Origin: Antedon mediterranea
Lineage: Eukaryota > Animalia > Echinodermata
Direction of reading: 5' to 3'
Length of the DNA: 64,000 nt
NCBI RefSeq assembly: GCF_964355755.1
Contig: NC_092678.1
Coordinates: forward strand, 2,868,422 to 2,932,421
The position numbers and the translations under genes were made by a program. The notes under the pieces are model-generated. The model was not told the DNA's origin. It worked only from the letters and a program-made list of their open reading frames with translations, and made no database searches. Shown in pieces: positions 41,466 through 53,607 of the stretch (positions are counted from its first letter, which is position 1; the number at the start of each line of letters is the position of its first letter).

Positions 41466-44400
41466 ATGTTCGGAAATAAGTGTATGTGGATTCTATTGCT
41501 ATTTTCGACAGTACATGGCCAAAATGTACAGGTCTTGAGCGGACAAAGTGCGGGAACTTTAGTTGCATTTGAAAGGTACACAATATATGATCTTCAATGT
41601 ACTTTTCTAACTTTCACAAAGGATAACTACATCTCCTGGTACAGAAGAAATGGATATACTGGAAATGAGACAGAGATTTACAGAAATGGAACGCTATTGA
41701 CCTCTGACCTTGACCAAGAAGCATTGGCATATTCACTTAACACCTCTCCTGAAATTGAACTAACATTATCAATCTCAACAGACCTTGGACAATTTATTCA
41801 TGGCAATGGATATCGATGTCAAGTTATAGACATAAATACTGGTGATATATTACTACAAACAAGAATTGGGGCCTATGTGTTCCTACATGTATTTTATCCC
41901 CCACTAACACCACCCATTTGTAATGTCAGTAGTTATCAAAAAGAATCTATTGGGAAGACGGTTACATTTTCCTGTACAACACTACCAGGTAATTCACAAA
42001 TAATCATTCAATGGTGTAGAGATGAAGTTGTGGTTGCAGAAGAAACAGTAGCTTATAAAAGTGAAGAAAGATTTACAGAACACTCATTTAACTACACTTT
42101 TACTCTTCTACAAGAAGATTTAGGGGCAACATACCAATGTAGGGTGACATTTCAAGGTACTACAACATGTACAGCACAGGAAACAAACCACCCAATAATA
42201 ACTACAAGTACACCAATATTTTGGCAAACAACAGATCAACAAACCACCTTACAGATGACTTCTAGCAGAACTAGTGCAAAAGAAAAGTCAACTACAGAAA
42301 CAATGATCACAGATACTATGCTACAACAGACAAAAAATAGGAGAACAACTTCAAAGGATGAGCAAACACCAGGAACTTTAAACACAGTTAGTAAAACATC
42401 TTTACCAATGACCACAGGAACTACAGCACAATGGACAAGTGATATAACCACTACTGAATATGAGTCAACAACAAAAACTTTAACCTCAGTTGGTAAAACT
42501 TCTTTACCAATGGCCACAGGAACTACAGCACAATGGACAAGTGATAGAATCATCACTACAGATGAGTCAACAACAGACACATTAACCTCAGTTGGTAAAA
42601 CTTCTTTACCAGTGACCACAGAGCCTATCATACAACAGATAAAAAGTGCTACAACCACTGCTACAGATGATTCAACAACAGAAACATTGACCACAGAGCC
42701 TACAATACAACAGACAAAAAGTGATACAGCAACTGCTAAAGATGAGTCAACAACAGAAACATTGACCACAGATCCTACAATACAACAGACAAAAAGTGAT
42801 ACAGCAACTGCTACAGATCAGTCAACCACAGAAACATTAACCACAGTTGATAAAACTACAACACATCTATCAAATACTCCAAGGCATCAATCAACTATGG
42901 CAGGAACTTCTGTACCAGTGACCACCACAATACAACAGAAAAAAACTGATACAAAAACTGCTACAGATCAGTCAACAACAGAAACATTGACGTCAGTTGA
43001 TAAAACTACAAGGTCTCAATTAACTATGGCAGGAACTTCTTTACCAGTGACCACAGAGCCTGCCATACAACAGACAAAAACTGATACAGCAACTGCTACA
43101 GATCAGTCAACAACAGAAACATTTACCTCAGTTGATAAAACTACAAGGTCTCAATCAACTATGGCAGGAACTTCTTTAGCATTGACCACAGAGCCTACAA
43201 TACAACAGACAAAAACTGATACAGCAACTGCTACAGATCAGTCAACAACAGAAACATTTACCTCAGTTGATAAAACTACAAGGTCTCAATCAACTATGGC
43301 AGGAACTTCTTTACCAGTGACCACAGAGCCTACCATACAACAGACAAAAACTGATACAGCAACTGCTACAGATCAGTCAACAACAGAAACATTGACTACA
43401 GTTGATAAAACTACAAGGTCTCAATCAACTATGGCAGGAACTTCTTTACCAGTGACCACAGAGCCTACCATACAACAGACAAAAACTGATACAGCAACTG
43501 CTACAGATCAATCAACAACAGAAACATTGACTACAGTTGATAAAACTACAAGATCTCAATTAACTATGGCAGGAACTTCTTTACCAGTGACCACAGAGCC
43601 TACCATACAACAGACAAAAACTGATACAGCAACTGCTACAGATCAATCAACAACAGAAACATTTACCTCAGTTGATAAAACTACAAGGTCTCAATCAACT
43701 ATGGCAGGAACTTCTTTAGCATTGACCACAGAGCCTACAATACAACAGAAAAAAACTGATACAAAAACTGCTACAGATCAGTCAACAACAGAAACATTGA
43801 CGTCAGTTGATAAAACTACAAGGTCTCAATCAACTATGGCAGGAACTTCTTTACCAGTGACCACAGAGCCTACCATACAACAGACAAAAACTGATACAGC
43901 AACTGCTACAGATCAATCAACAACAGAAACATTGACTACAGTTGATAAAACTACAAGGTCTCAATTAACTATGGCAGGAACTTCTTTAGCATTGACCACA
44001 GAGCTTACAATACAACAGACAAAAACTGATACAAACACTGCTACAGATCAGTCAACAACAGAAACATTTACGACAGTTGATAAAACTACAAGGTCTCAAT
44101 CAACTATGGCAGGAACTTCTGTACCAGTGACCACCACAATACAACAGAAAAAAACTGATACAAAAACTGCTACAGATCAGTCAACAACAGAAACATTGAC
44201 GTCAGTTGATAAAACTACAAGGTCTCAATCAACTATGGCAGGAACTTCTGTACCAGTGACCACCACAATACAACAGAAAAAAACTGATACAAAAACTGCT
44301 ACAGATCAGTCAACAACAGAAACATTGACGTCAGTTGATAAAACTACAAGGCGTCAATCAAACATTCCATCAACTTCTGTACCAATGACCACAGAGCCTA

Positions 44401-44645
44401 CCATAAAACAGACAACTACTGAGATATTAACAAGTAACAGACAAAACCGACCGTTTACATCAACTTTACACCAGACAGCAAACCCTGAAGATAAAACTGA
44501 TAATTATTTGACTATTGTTTTGTTGTCTGTTGGAATAGTTGTTGGTCTTCTTTTTCTATGTTTCTTGATGTACAAGATGGGATGTTTTAGTAATGCACTA
44601 TGCAATGCTAATAACAAAATCGAACCAATTAATTTAAAAAACTAA
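41466..44645 (+). CDS. Intronless Ig-Ig-mucin type I membrane protein, copy 1 (1059 aa; very long stalk, ~22-aa tail)
   Basis: Signal peptide; C..W..GYRC domain; C..W..DLGATYQC domain; about 11 x 135/129-bp Thr-rich repeats (42885-44352); TM YLTIVLLSVGIVVGLLFLCFLMY. Confidence 0.9.
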   Translation: MFGNKCMWILLLFSTVHGQNVQVLSGQSAGTLVAFERYTIYDLQCTFLTFTKDNYISWYRRNGYTGNETEIYRNGTLLTSDLDQEALAYSLNTSPEIELTLSISTDLGQFIHGNGYRCQVIDINTGDILLQTRIGAYVFLHVFYPPLTPPICNVSSYQKESIGKTVTFSCTTLPGNSQIIIQWCRDEVVVAEETVAYKSEERFTEHSFNYTFTLLQEDLGATYQCRVTFQGTTTCTAQETNHPIITTSTPIFWQTTDQQTTLQMTSSRTSAKEKSTTETMITDTMLQQTKNRRTTSKDEQTPGTLNTVSKTSLPMTTGTTAQWTSDITTTEYESTTKTLTSVGKTSLPMATGTTAQWTSDRIITTDESTTDTLTSVGKTSLPVTTEPIIQQIKSATTTATDDSTTETLTTEPTIQQTKSDTATAKDESTTETLTTDPTIQQTKSDTATATDQSTTETLTTVDKTTTHLSNTPRHQSTMAGTSVPVTTTIQQKKTDTKTATDQSTTETLTSVDKTTRSQLTMAGTSLPVTTEPAIQQTKTDTATATDQSTTETFTSVDKTTRSQSTMAGTSLALTTEPTIQQTKTDTATATDQSTTETFTSVDKTTRSQSTMAGTSLPVTTEPTIQQTKTDTATATDQSTTETLTTVDKTTRSQSTMAGTSLPVTTEPTIQQTKTDTATATDQSTTETLTTVDKTTRSQLTMAGTSLPVTTEPTIQQTKTDTATATDQSTTETFTSVDKTTRSQSTMAGTSLALTTEPTIQQKKTDTKTATDQSTTETLTSVDKTTRSQSTMAGTSLPVTTEPTIQQTKTDTATATDQSTTETLTTVDKTTRSQLTMAGTSLALTTELTIQQTKTDTNTATDQSTTETFTTVDKTTRSQSTMAGTSVPVTTTIQQKKTDTKTATDQSTTETLTSVDKTTRSQSTMAGTSVPVTTTIQQKKTDTKTATDQSTTETLTSVDKTTRRQSNIPSTSVPMTTEPTIKQTTTEILTSNRQNRPFTSTLHQTANPEDKTDNYLTIVLLSVGIVVGLLFLCFLMYKMGCFSNALCNANNKIEPINLKN

Positions 44646-44869
44646 AAGGATAAATACTGAAAATATTTTGTAATGGTATAGTAAAAACAAAATTGCTGAC
44701 AACTACACAGAAACTATCTACTGTACAATGGCATTCTAGAAGGATAATAAAACAAGATAAATACTGAGCTTGAATAATATCTTATTTATAACCAAAACTT
44801 GTTCACAAATATGTAAGATCGTATTTTTTATTTATTTATTTTTTTATTTATTTGACTTCTCACTAACTC

Positions 44870-45190
44870 AGTTAGTGAAGGATCTGGACCAACAGGTGGT
44901 AAACACCTCTAAAATGGTCCAGTCCCAATTTGCACAGTGGCTGTGTGTGACAGTGGCTGTGTTTGTGTGGACTAGTACACCGGGGTAACCCCCTACTCGT
45001 CTCGAAAGATGTACTAGGTTCTTTAAAGTGCGCATGAGCTATGTGTACACTGGACCTACGGTTTATAGTCCTTATCCGAGAAGACTCGTTCTACCACCAG
45101 AACCATAGAGCGAGTGAGCCTCGAACCCTTGCCGATGTTATGGCTACGTAATTACGGTTCCACTGTCTTAACAGCTCGGCCACTCACACT
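44870..45190 (-). mobile_element. tRNA-derived SINE with Nin/Deu-like central domain
   Basis: Minus strand: GTGGCCGAG A-box, GGTTCGAG B-box, GGATAAGGACTATAAACCGTAGGTCC...GCACTTTAAAGAACC...GAGTAGGGG core. Confidence 0.75.
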
Positions 45191-46102
45191 TTATTAATTA
45201 ATAAACTTTACAGAATGAATAATATATATTTTTTTCATAAATTTGCTGGATAGATCACTTACGTCCACTACTAATTTAAAGAATTTATTATTTATTAATT
45301 GATAATTAAAATTATTCATTTTGCAGTAACTCTAAATTATAATATTAAATAACTGTGTTTCAACTTTAGGTGGATCATTTTATATACAATAAAATGTTAC
45401 AAACTGATTTTTTTTGCTCTGAATGTTATATACATTTTATATGTAGCAATGTATGCATAAAATATGAACAATTTCATATGAACTGTTTCATTGCATCTTT
45501 TGAATCTAAGCAGATTTTGATTGCATTGAAAGGAAAACTTTATCGAGAACCATTTGATAACGTATTAGGGATTTACATATAATTTCAGAACAATATCGCC
45601 GCACACACTAGCTGTACAGTCACCGTAAATTGCTGTGAAATGTTTAGTCTGTTGATTGAAGAAACACTTCAATATCCAGATAGGCAAAAGAAACAATAAG
45701 AAAATTAAAAGTTTATATTTGTTACGATTTATTTAAAAAGTGTGTTTACTAGAAATGTTTACGCTTTGCAAGACTTGTCTATTGACCCAAATAAGTATCT
45801 AGAAACATGACGTATGATGCTCTGGAATCATTCAACCATATCTATATAGGGTACCTTGAAGTACAGCAAAATAGAAAGGATGAATATAAATGTTCAGGGA
45901 ATTTACAAAAAACGTTTCAATATTAGTTTTAGTAGAGACTTCTAAAAAACATAACAGATTGCATCATACAAAATAAATATTATCTTGAATCTTATCCCCT
46001 GAGCAAATCTAACAATGTATTCATTTCAATACAATGGAACATGCCTTATGAGGAAGTTAAGTTTGTAGATCAACTGCAAACACTGAAAGTACAATCACAA
46101 AA

Positions 46103-47977
46103 ATGGCAGTCATGTTCGGAAACAAACCTACTATGTTACTGTTGGTTCTTTTGCTAATTTCAACAATAAACGGGCAAAGTGTACAACGTTTGTCTTTGAG
46201 AGGAGACCAAGTTGGACCTATTGTTGGAGCTGAAGGGTACACATTTGATTTCCGATGCACTGGTCAAACCTTTAATGAGAATCATTACATCATCTGGTAT
46301 AGAAGAAGTGGATATACTCAAAATGAAACGGAGATTTACAGAAATAGAACACTTTAAACGACTGACCTTGGCAAAGAAGCACTGGCGTACTCACTTAACA
46401 ACTCTACTGAAGCTGAATTTACAATAACAATCACAACAGGGCTTGGACAATTTATTCATGGAAATGGATATCGTTGTCAGGTCATAGACATAAATACAAG
46501 TAATGTATTGTTTCAAACAAGAAATGGCGCCTATGTCATGTTACATTTATTTTATCCACCACCAGCACCATATCCTCTTTGTTCTGCTACCAGTTATCAG
46601 AATGAGTCCATTGCCCAAAATGTTTCACTATCATGTACAACTCTGCCAGGTAATCCAATAAGCATTCAATGGTGGAGAGATGAAGTGATGGTTGATAGCA
46701 AAGCTGTAACATATGATAGCGATAGGAGATTTACAGAATACTCATTGGACTATAACTTTACTCTTCAACAACAAGATTTAGAGGCAACATATGAATGTAG
46801 GGTTACATGGGGTAACACTGATATGACATGTATGGTACAGGAAACATCTCAATTAACAACAAAGGCAGCAACAACAGAATCACCTTTTCTTCAAACGACA
46901 AAGAAGCAAATTTCTTTACCATTGACTACAGATACTACCAGTAATATAACTACTACTACTAAAGATGATTCAACACAAGAAGCATTAACCACAGCTGGTA
47001 ATATAGCTACTACCATGGATGAGTCAACACCAGAGGCGTCGGCCACAGTCGGTAATACTACTACGCCACAGTCAGCTACTACGTTGTCAAGTTTTTTACC
47101 ATTGACTAAAGGCACAACAGTACAACATGCAACTACAAGTAATAAAGGCACTTCGATGGATGAGTCAACACAAGAGGCATTGGCCACAGTCGGTAATACT
47201 ACTACGCCACAGTCAGCTACTACGTTGTCAAGTTCTTTACCATTGACTACAGGCACAACAGTACAACATACAACCACAAGAAACAAAGGTACTTCGATGG
47301 ATGTGTCAACACCAGAGCCATTGGCCACAGTCGGTAATACTATTACACTACGATCAAATATGTCGTCAACTTCTTTACCATTGTCTACAGATACTACAGA
47401 ACAACATACAACCACAAGAAACAAAGGTACTTTGATGGATGTGTCAACGCCAGAGGCATTGGCCACAGTCGGTAATACTACTACACTACGATCAAATATG
47501 TCGTCAACTTCTTTACCATTGTCTACAGATACTACAGAACAACATACAACCACAAGAAACAAAGGTACTTCGATGGATGTGTCAACGCCAGAGCCATTGA
47601 TGGCCACAGTCGGCAATAGTTCTTTATCACTGGCTACAGATAAAATAAAACATTATACAACTCCTCATTATATAACTACTACCATGGATGAGTCAACACC
47701 ACAGACGTTGACAACCGTCGGTTACACTACTAGACTTCAATCACATGAGGCATCATCTTCTTTACCTATGACAGATTCTACAGTCCAACAGGAAACAAGT
47801 GACAGAACTAATGCTAGGATTGAGCAAACACAAGAAATATTGACAACAGCAACAATTGATCAGACAAATTTGATGCCAGAAGATATGTCTTCTGAAAGGT
47901 CCTCAGCTATTGGATTGTCTTTTAGCGCAGTTGGTCATCTGTTGATAATCCTGCTAATAATAATTAAATATAATTAG
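46103..47977 (+). pseudogene. Ig-Ig-mucin copy 2 with in-frame TAA at 46355-46357 and a degraded cytoplasmic tail
   Basis: ORFs 46103 and 46508 share a frame; TAA corresponds to CAA in copy 3 (50394). ~138-141-bp stalk repeats. Sequence after the TM is a frameshifted relic of the copy-3 tail. Confidence 0.85.
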
Positions 47978-48599
47978 CACTGTAAAGACGTAATTCAACA
48001 AGGTAAAACAATGTTGATCACACTCTACAGCAGAATGAATAATGTGTAAATAACCAGAGGAACAAAATAACTGTATTAGTTTTGTAGAAAACAACGAACA
48101 AGGACCATATTTTATTTAGATGTAGAGAAGGTAGAAATCGTTTGTAATGCTGAAGAAAAGGAGCTTGTCTCAACAAATTTTATTAGAACTTAATTGGTAA
48201 AAATAAATTTAAAAAGGCAGTTAATGTGATGATTGCATCTTTACGGTACTATTATTTCAGTGATCCAGCTATACTCTCTGGAATTTTATTTTCAATAAAT
48301 AATCAGAAGCTTATAATAGACAAAAATAATATTGTTGTGTTATTATATAAATTTAGTTTGAAGTGTTTCTTTAATTTTTCTAAAGAATGGCTGTCAATTC
48401 ATATAAAAAAATATAATCAATTATTACAACACGGTATGTGTCATAATATAAATATAAATAAAATGGTTATAACAAAATTAATTACTAGCTGTTTGTTGCA
48501 TTTATGTAGTTGTAATCGCATACTATAATGCACGGTTATCAAGACCTTTGTGCCCAAATGGATTAAAATGATGGTTTACATGTATAGTACTTATATTGC

Positions 48600-49030
48600 T
48601 TTCCAGTTCATGTGTACCTAACTGAAGGTTCTTTACCATTGTCCACAACGCCTACAATACAAGGAGCAACAACAGGTTCTGAGATAGTGTAGCTTGGTTC
48701 CCACTAGAATGTAACGCAAGGACGTAAACGCAACGCAAGTGAATTGACCAATCACAAGCGATCGCTTATTCGCTTGTGATTGCTAACTGTCTATAACTTC
48801 GCTTGTCATTGGTTGAAACGCTTGCGTTTACGTCCTTGCGTTACGTTCTAGTGGGAACCAAGCTTTACGGACAAAACCGACTGAATACATCAACTGTTAA
48901 TTATTTGGCTATTGTTTTGTTGTCTGTTGCAATAGTTGTTCGTCTTCTTTTTATACAAGATGGATTTTAATGCACAATGCAATGCCAATAACAAGATGGA
49001 ATCATTTAATTGAAAACCTATAAGGACCTA
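48600..49030 (+). pseudogene. 3' relic (stalk end, TM, tail) of a copy-1-type gene, interrupted by a MITE
   Basis: AATTATTTGGCTATTGTTTTGTTGTCTGTTGCAATAGTTGTT...TGCAATGCCAATAACAAG aligns to 44500-44645; similarity continues into the 3' flank. Confidence 0.75.
48691..48865. mobile_element. Palindromic MITE (AGCTTGGTTCCCACTAG TIR)
   Basis: Perfect TIRs; same family as 39921. Confidence 0.85.
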
Positions 49031-50141
49031 AATACTGAAAATCATTTGGTACAGTAAACAAAATAAACTAGTTAGAACCACAGAAAAGAAGTAAAATACA
49101 CATTAACTATTGCAGTGACATTATAGAAGGACAATAATATATGTGCTTGAAATAATATTACTAATATCTTATTTGTAAAAGAAACTGGTTTACAAATATT
49201 ATTGTTATTCCGCAAGGCTGTATCATAATAAATACTAATACAATAATAATATAGTATTATTTGTAAAGGAAATAATGTATTGTTCCAAAAGAAAATAAAC
49301 ACTGTTTAAGTACATTCAACTCTTTTAAAATCAAAACTCTCTAAAACCAGATCATGTCTTAAACACAATTTGAAAAAGGTATTAAAGGTTTCCTGGATTG
49401 ATTGTACCATTTTAAATGCATTAATTCATAATATCAGAAATCCAATGTCTCCAGTGGCTAGCCATGGTGTCAATTTTTTAGAGAGTTGATTAATATTAAA
49501 TACAAGTTATATAACGTACAGTTTACAAACTTGACAGAATAAATAACAAATTAATTTTAATTGCTTACATATACTGGATAAATTGTTTTCGTCAAGGCAC
49601 AAAATGTTTTTATTTATTATCATTACTAAAATGATTCATTTTGCAAGTATAAACATATAGTATTAAATTACTAAGCAAATCAATAATTGATAAATATAGA
49701 ATTTTATATAATTTAAACTTAGGTATAATATCAATTCTGTGCCCTAAACTTGAATATTTACATTTTAAGAAATGTTAGTATCAAATACAGATTGTTTCAT
49801 TGTATTTTTAGATTTGTTGTGAACAACATGTCTAGCCAGTCTCTTTGCATTTAAATAATATATAGGTGACTTTAAAATAAAAGGAAATAGAAGAAAATTG
49901 AAGGGAACAAATACAGGAAGTTATACATTTCGGCAAAATAACTAAGAATTCAAATACCTTTCACAATTAGAAACTTCTACGAAAGAAGTAATTCTAAATA
50001 AGTAAATAACAGATTGCATCACACAGGATCTGATCCACGGAGCATAACTAATAATGTATCCATTACAACAAAATGGAACATTCCTTATAAGGAAGTTACG
50101 TTTATACTTAAATCTCAAACATTGAAAATGCAATCATTAAA

Positions 50142-51581
50142 ATGGCAGTCATGTTCGGAAACAAACCTACTATGTTAATGTTGGTTCTTTTGCTAATTTC
50201 AACAATAAACGGGCAAAGTGTACAACGTTTGTCTTTGAGAGGAGACCAAGTTGGACCTATTGTTGGAGCTGAAGGGTACACATTTGATTTCCGATGCACT
50301 GCTCAAACCTTTAATGAGAATCATTACATCATCTGGTATAGAAGAAGTGGATATACTCAAAATGAAACGGAGATTTACAGAAATAGAACACTTCAAACGA
50401 CTGACCTTGGCAAAGAAGCACTGGCGTACTCACTTAACAACTCTACTGAAGCTGAATTTACAATAACAATCACAACAGGGCTTGGACAATTTATTCATGG
50501 AAATGGATATCGTTGTCAGGTCATAGACATAAATACAAGTAATGTATTGTTTCAAACAAGAAATGGCGCCTATGTCATGTTACATTTATTTTATCCACCA
50601 CCAGCACCATATCCTCTTTGTTCTGCTACCAGTTATCAGAATGAGTCCATTGCCCAAAATGTTTCACTATCATGTACAACTCTGCCAGGTAATCCAATAA
50701 GCATTCAATGGTGGAGAGATGAAGTGATGGTTGATAGCAAAGATGTAACATATGATAGCGATAGGAGATTTACAGAATACTCATTGGACTATAACTTTAC
50801 TCTTCAACAACAAGATTTAGAGGCAACATATGAATGTAGGGTTACATGGGGTAACACTGATATGACATGTATGGTACAGGAAACATCTCAATTAACAACA
50901 AAGGCAGCAACTGAATCACCTTCTGTTAAGACAACAGATGAGCAAACCACATATACTACAATACAACATCCAGCAGCCAGTAATATAACTACTGCTATGA
51001 ATGATTCAACACCACAATCATTGGCCACAGTTGGTAATACTATTAGGCTACAGTCAAATACGACTTCTTTACCATTGACTACAGATACTACAGTACAATA
51101 TACAACCATGAGTAATAAATCTACTTCAATGGACGTGCCATCTTCTTCTGTAACAATGACCAGTACTACAGTCCAACAGGCAGCAACAACTACTACTAGA
51201 AGTGAGCAAACACAGAAAATATTGACATCACCTACAATTGATCAGACAAATTCTATGTCAGAAGATGCCATGTTTTCTGAAAAGTCCTTAGCGATTGGAT
51301 TGTCTTTTGGTGCCGCTAGTCTTTTTTTGATAATCTGTGTAATAATCATAGCACTTTACAAGAGACATAGTTTGAATCAGATGCCAAACAATATTGATCA
51401 CACACTTCGAGCAGGGAATGAATTAACTGAAATATGTAACAAAGATGAACCAATAGATGATAATGAAGAAATAAACAATGCTATAGAAAACAATGAAGAA
51501 AAGGTAGAAATTGCCTGTAACAATGATCCTGTGGAAAAGGACCTCATCTCAATGACTAGAAAACAAAGAAACAGACAGTAG
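50142..51581 (+). CDS. Intronless Ig-Ig-mucin membrane protein, copy 3 (479 aa; ~70-aa acidic tail lacking Tyr)
   Basis: Signal peptide, two Ig-like domains, Thr-rich stalk, TM LAIGLSFGAASLFLIICVIIIALY. Confidence 0.9.
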   Translation: MAVMFGNKPTMLMLVLLLISTINGQSVQRLSLRGDQVGPIVGAEGYTFDFRCTAQTFNENHYIIWYRRSGYTQNETEIYRNRTLQTTDLGKEALAYSLNNSTEAEFTITITTGLGQFIHGNGYRCQVIDINTSNVLFQTRNGAYVMLHLFYPPPAPYPLCSATSYQNESIAQNVSLSCTTLPGNPISIQWWRDEVMVDSKDVTYDSDRRFTEYSLDYNFTLQQQDLEATYECRVTWGNTDMTCMVQETSQLTTKAATESPSVKTTDEQTTYTTIQHPAASNITTAMNDSTPQSLATVGNTIRLQSNTTSLPLTTDTTVQYTTMSNKSTSMDVPSSSVTMTSTTVQQAATTTTRSEQTQKILTSPTIDQTNSMSEDAMFSEKSLAIGLSFGAASLFLIICVIIIALYKRHSLNQMPNNIDHTLRAGNELTEICNKDEPIDDNEEINNAIENNEEKVEIACNNDPVEKDLISMTRKQRNRQ

Positions 51582-53541
51582 ATATAAAATGATTGTATCT
51601 TCACAAAATCGTTTCAAATTATTCTTTTTAGAGTTTGTTTTTTAAATAATAAGAAGACCATAATAAGAGAACATACTGTTATTTTAGTGTTTAAATTTAA
51701 AGGATTTAATATTAATAAAATATAGTATTATTAAGCATGATTTAAATACATATATTCTAGTAATTAATATCATAACATACTCATGATTCATAATTTTAGT
51801 TATCAATTGATATATAAGTACATTTGTTAACTATTACAATTTTATACATATCATATATATACAATAACCATCCCAAGCTCAGAATAAATTCTAAATCGCC
51901 CGGTAATATACTGAAATTGAATTATAATAAAACAGTTATATAAAAATGAATTACTAGCTTTAATGCATGTTTTTTGTATTTTTGTGGTTGTAATCATATA
52001 TTATAATGTACTGTTGATGTATTGAAATGGTAGTTTACACTTAAATAAATAATTATAGTTATTTTTAATTTTGGAATAAATTCTTCTAGTTTTGAAGGTG
52101 ATACCACACATTGTGTTCAAAGTAAACATTCACTAAGAGAATCTTGAATAAACAAAATAGGGTCCTATGAAGTTCACGTAATATGAAGGTCTTTATTGCA
52201 GTCAACAGTTTCTTTATTTAACTAGATACTAGATTTGAACTCATCATTATGGACGAGTTAATTTTTTTCATTAAGAATGCACGCAGATTGTCATGCTCGT
52301 ATGATGTGATTTTAAGTCAAAATTTACTAGAAAAGGTTGGAAAAAATCAATCACGCATACAAATTTGTGCACGCATGGACATTTTTATATGCCTAAAATT
52401 ACAAGAAACACATAGAAAGTTGATTAGAAATTGATTTTTCTTATGTGACAAACATTTTATAACGATAATAGATGATGTTGCCTCATAATAGCAATTGTGG
52501 ATGTCACTGATGGTGTTACCAAATACACTGTCTAATAACCTAATTTACAGGCCACTTGTCATCAAACACATAAGCTTTTAGATGACAAACAATAAACTAA
52601 TGACTGGGAACATTAACTTAATTTTCATTTAAACTATAGTAATATGTTCAGAATGTGCGATTGAAAACTTTATAAATTGTATTTATACCCAACATATATG
52701 AAAACAGAACATCAAGCTTTGTAGAGTAAAAAGGTTTCTTTATTTAAACATTTCAGAATTGTTATCTGTTTTTTCTACAATAAAAAAAGTATTGTTGAAT
52801 AAAAGTATAGTGATGAGATGTTGTCTTATGTGATGCTTTTATTTTTCTTTTAAAAACAAAAGAAAGGATTGTTAATATGTTATAAAGAAATTATGAGCTT
52901 TCCCTTTTTAAAATTTGTATTCTTATGTTAGAAAGTTCATTCACAATCTGTAAGCTTCATACTTCTGATAATCTGCCTCTGTGGCTAATTTCTAAATATA
53001 AGGTTTTTATAAGATGAGGGGGTTGTTCCTTTCTTCAAAGATACATATCATGTTCCTAACTTGCTAGGCCTATTATAAAAGGCAATTTGTAAAGCGAGGA
53101 TTTTAATACTACTTTCCCCTGACACTAAAATATATTTAATAAATGAGAAAAACTCCCTGAAATGAAATCTGATCTGTGCTGCATGAATTATACTATTAAG
53201 AATATTTTGTTGTTCAAAAAGACGAAACCCTTTTTACCAAGAGATCCAGTGCCTTAAATAAACACATCTACAATAGGAGCTACAAGGCATGAGTAATGTT
53301 AATGCATTTATTGCAATCAATGAATGAATATAAAAATCAATAGTTCTTTTAAAAAAGTTGATATATATCATTTAATTGTAAAAAACTAGTATTTAAACTA
53401 AATCAAAACATATATAACATTCAATATGTATATATTTTATAAAAGCACATTAGGATCTATATGCAATTTAAAGTTCACAAATGTTATATTTAATTTTATG
53501 TAACTTTTTTAAGAATAAAAATTAATGGTTTGTCCCAAAGA

Positions 53542-53548
53542 AGGAAGT
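53542..53548 (+). promoter_or_regulatory. AGGAAGT Ets-type motif conserved upstream of cluster genes (also 46051, 50090, 58444, 62602)
   Basis: Same heptamer 61-75 bp before the aligned (G/T)(C/T)AGTCATG start in five paralogs with otherwise diverged flanks. Confidence 0.5.
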
Positions 53549-53607
53549 TATCATTTTTTTATATAAAATCTTTAAAATTGAAATGAAAATCATTAAAACC
53601 TGCAGTC

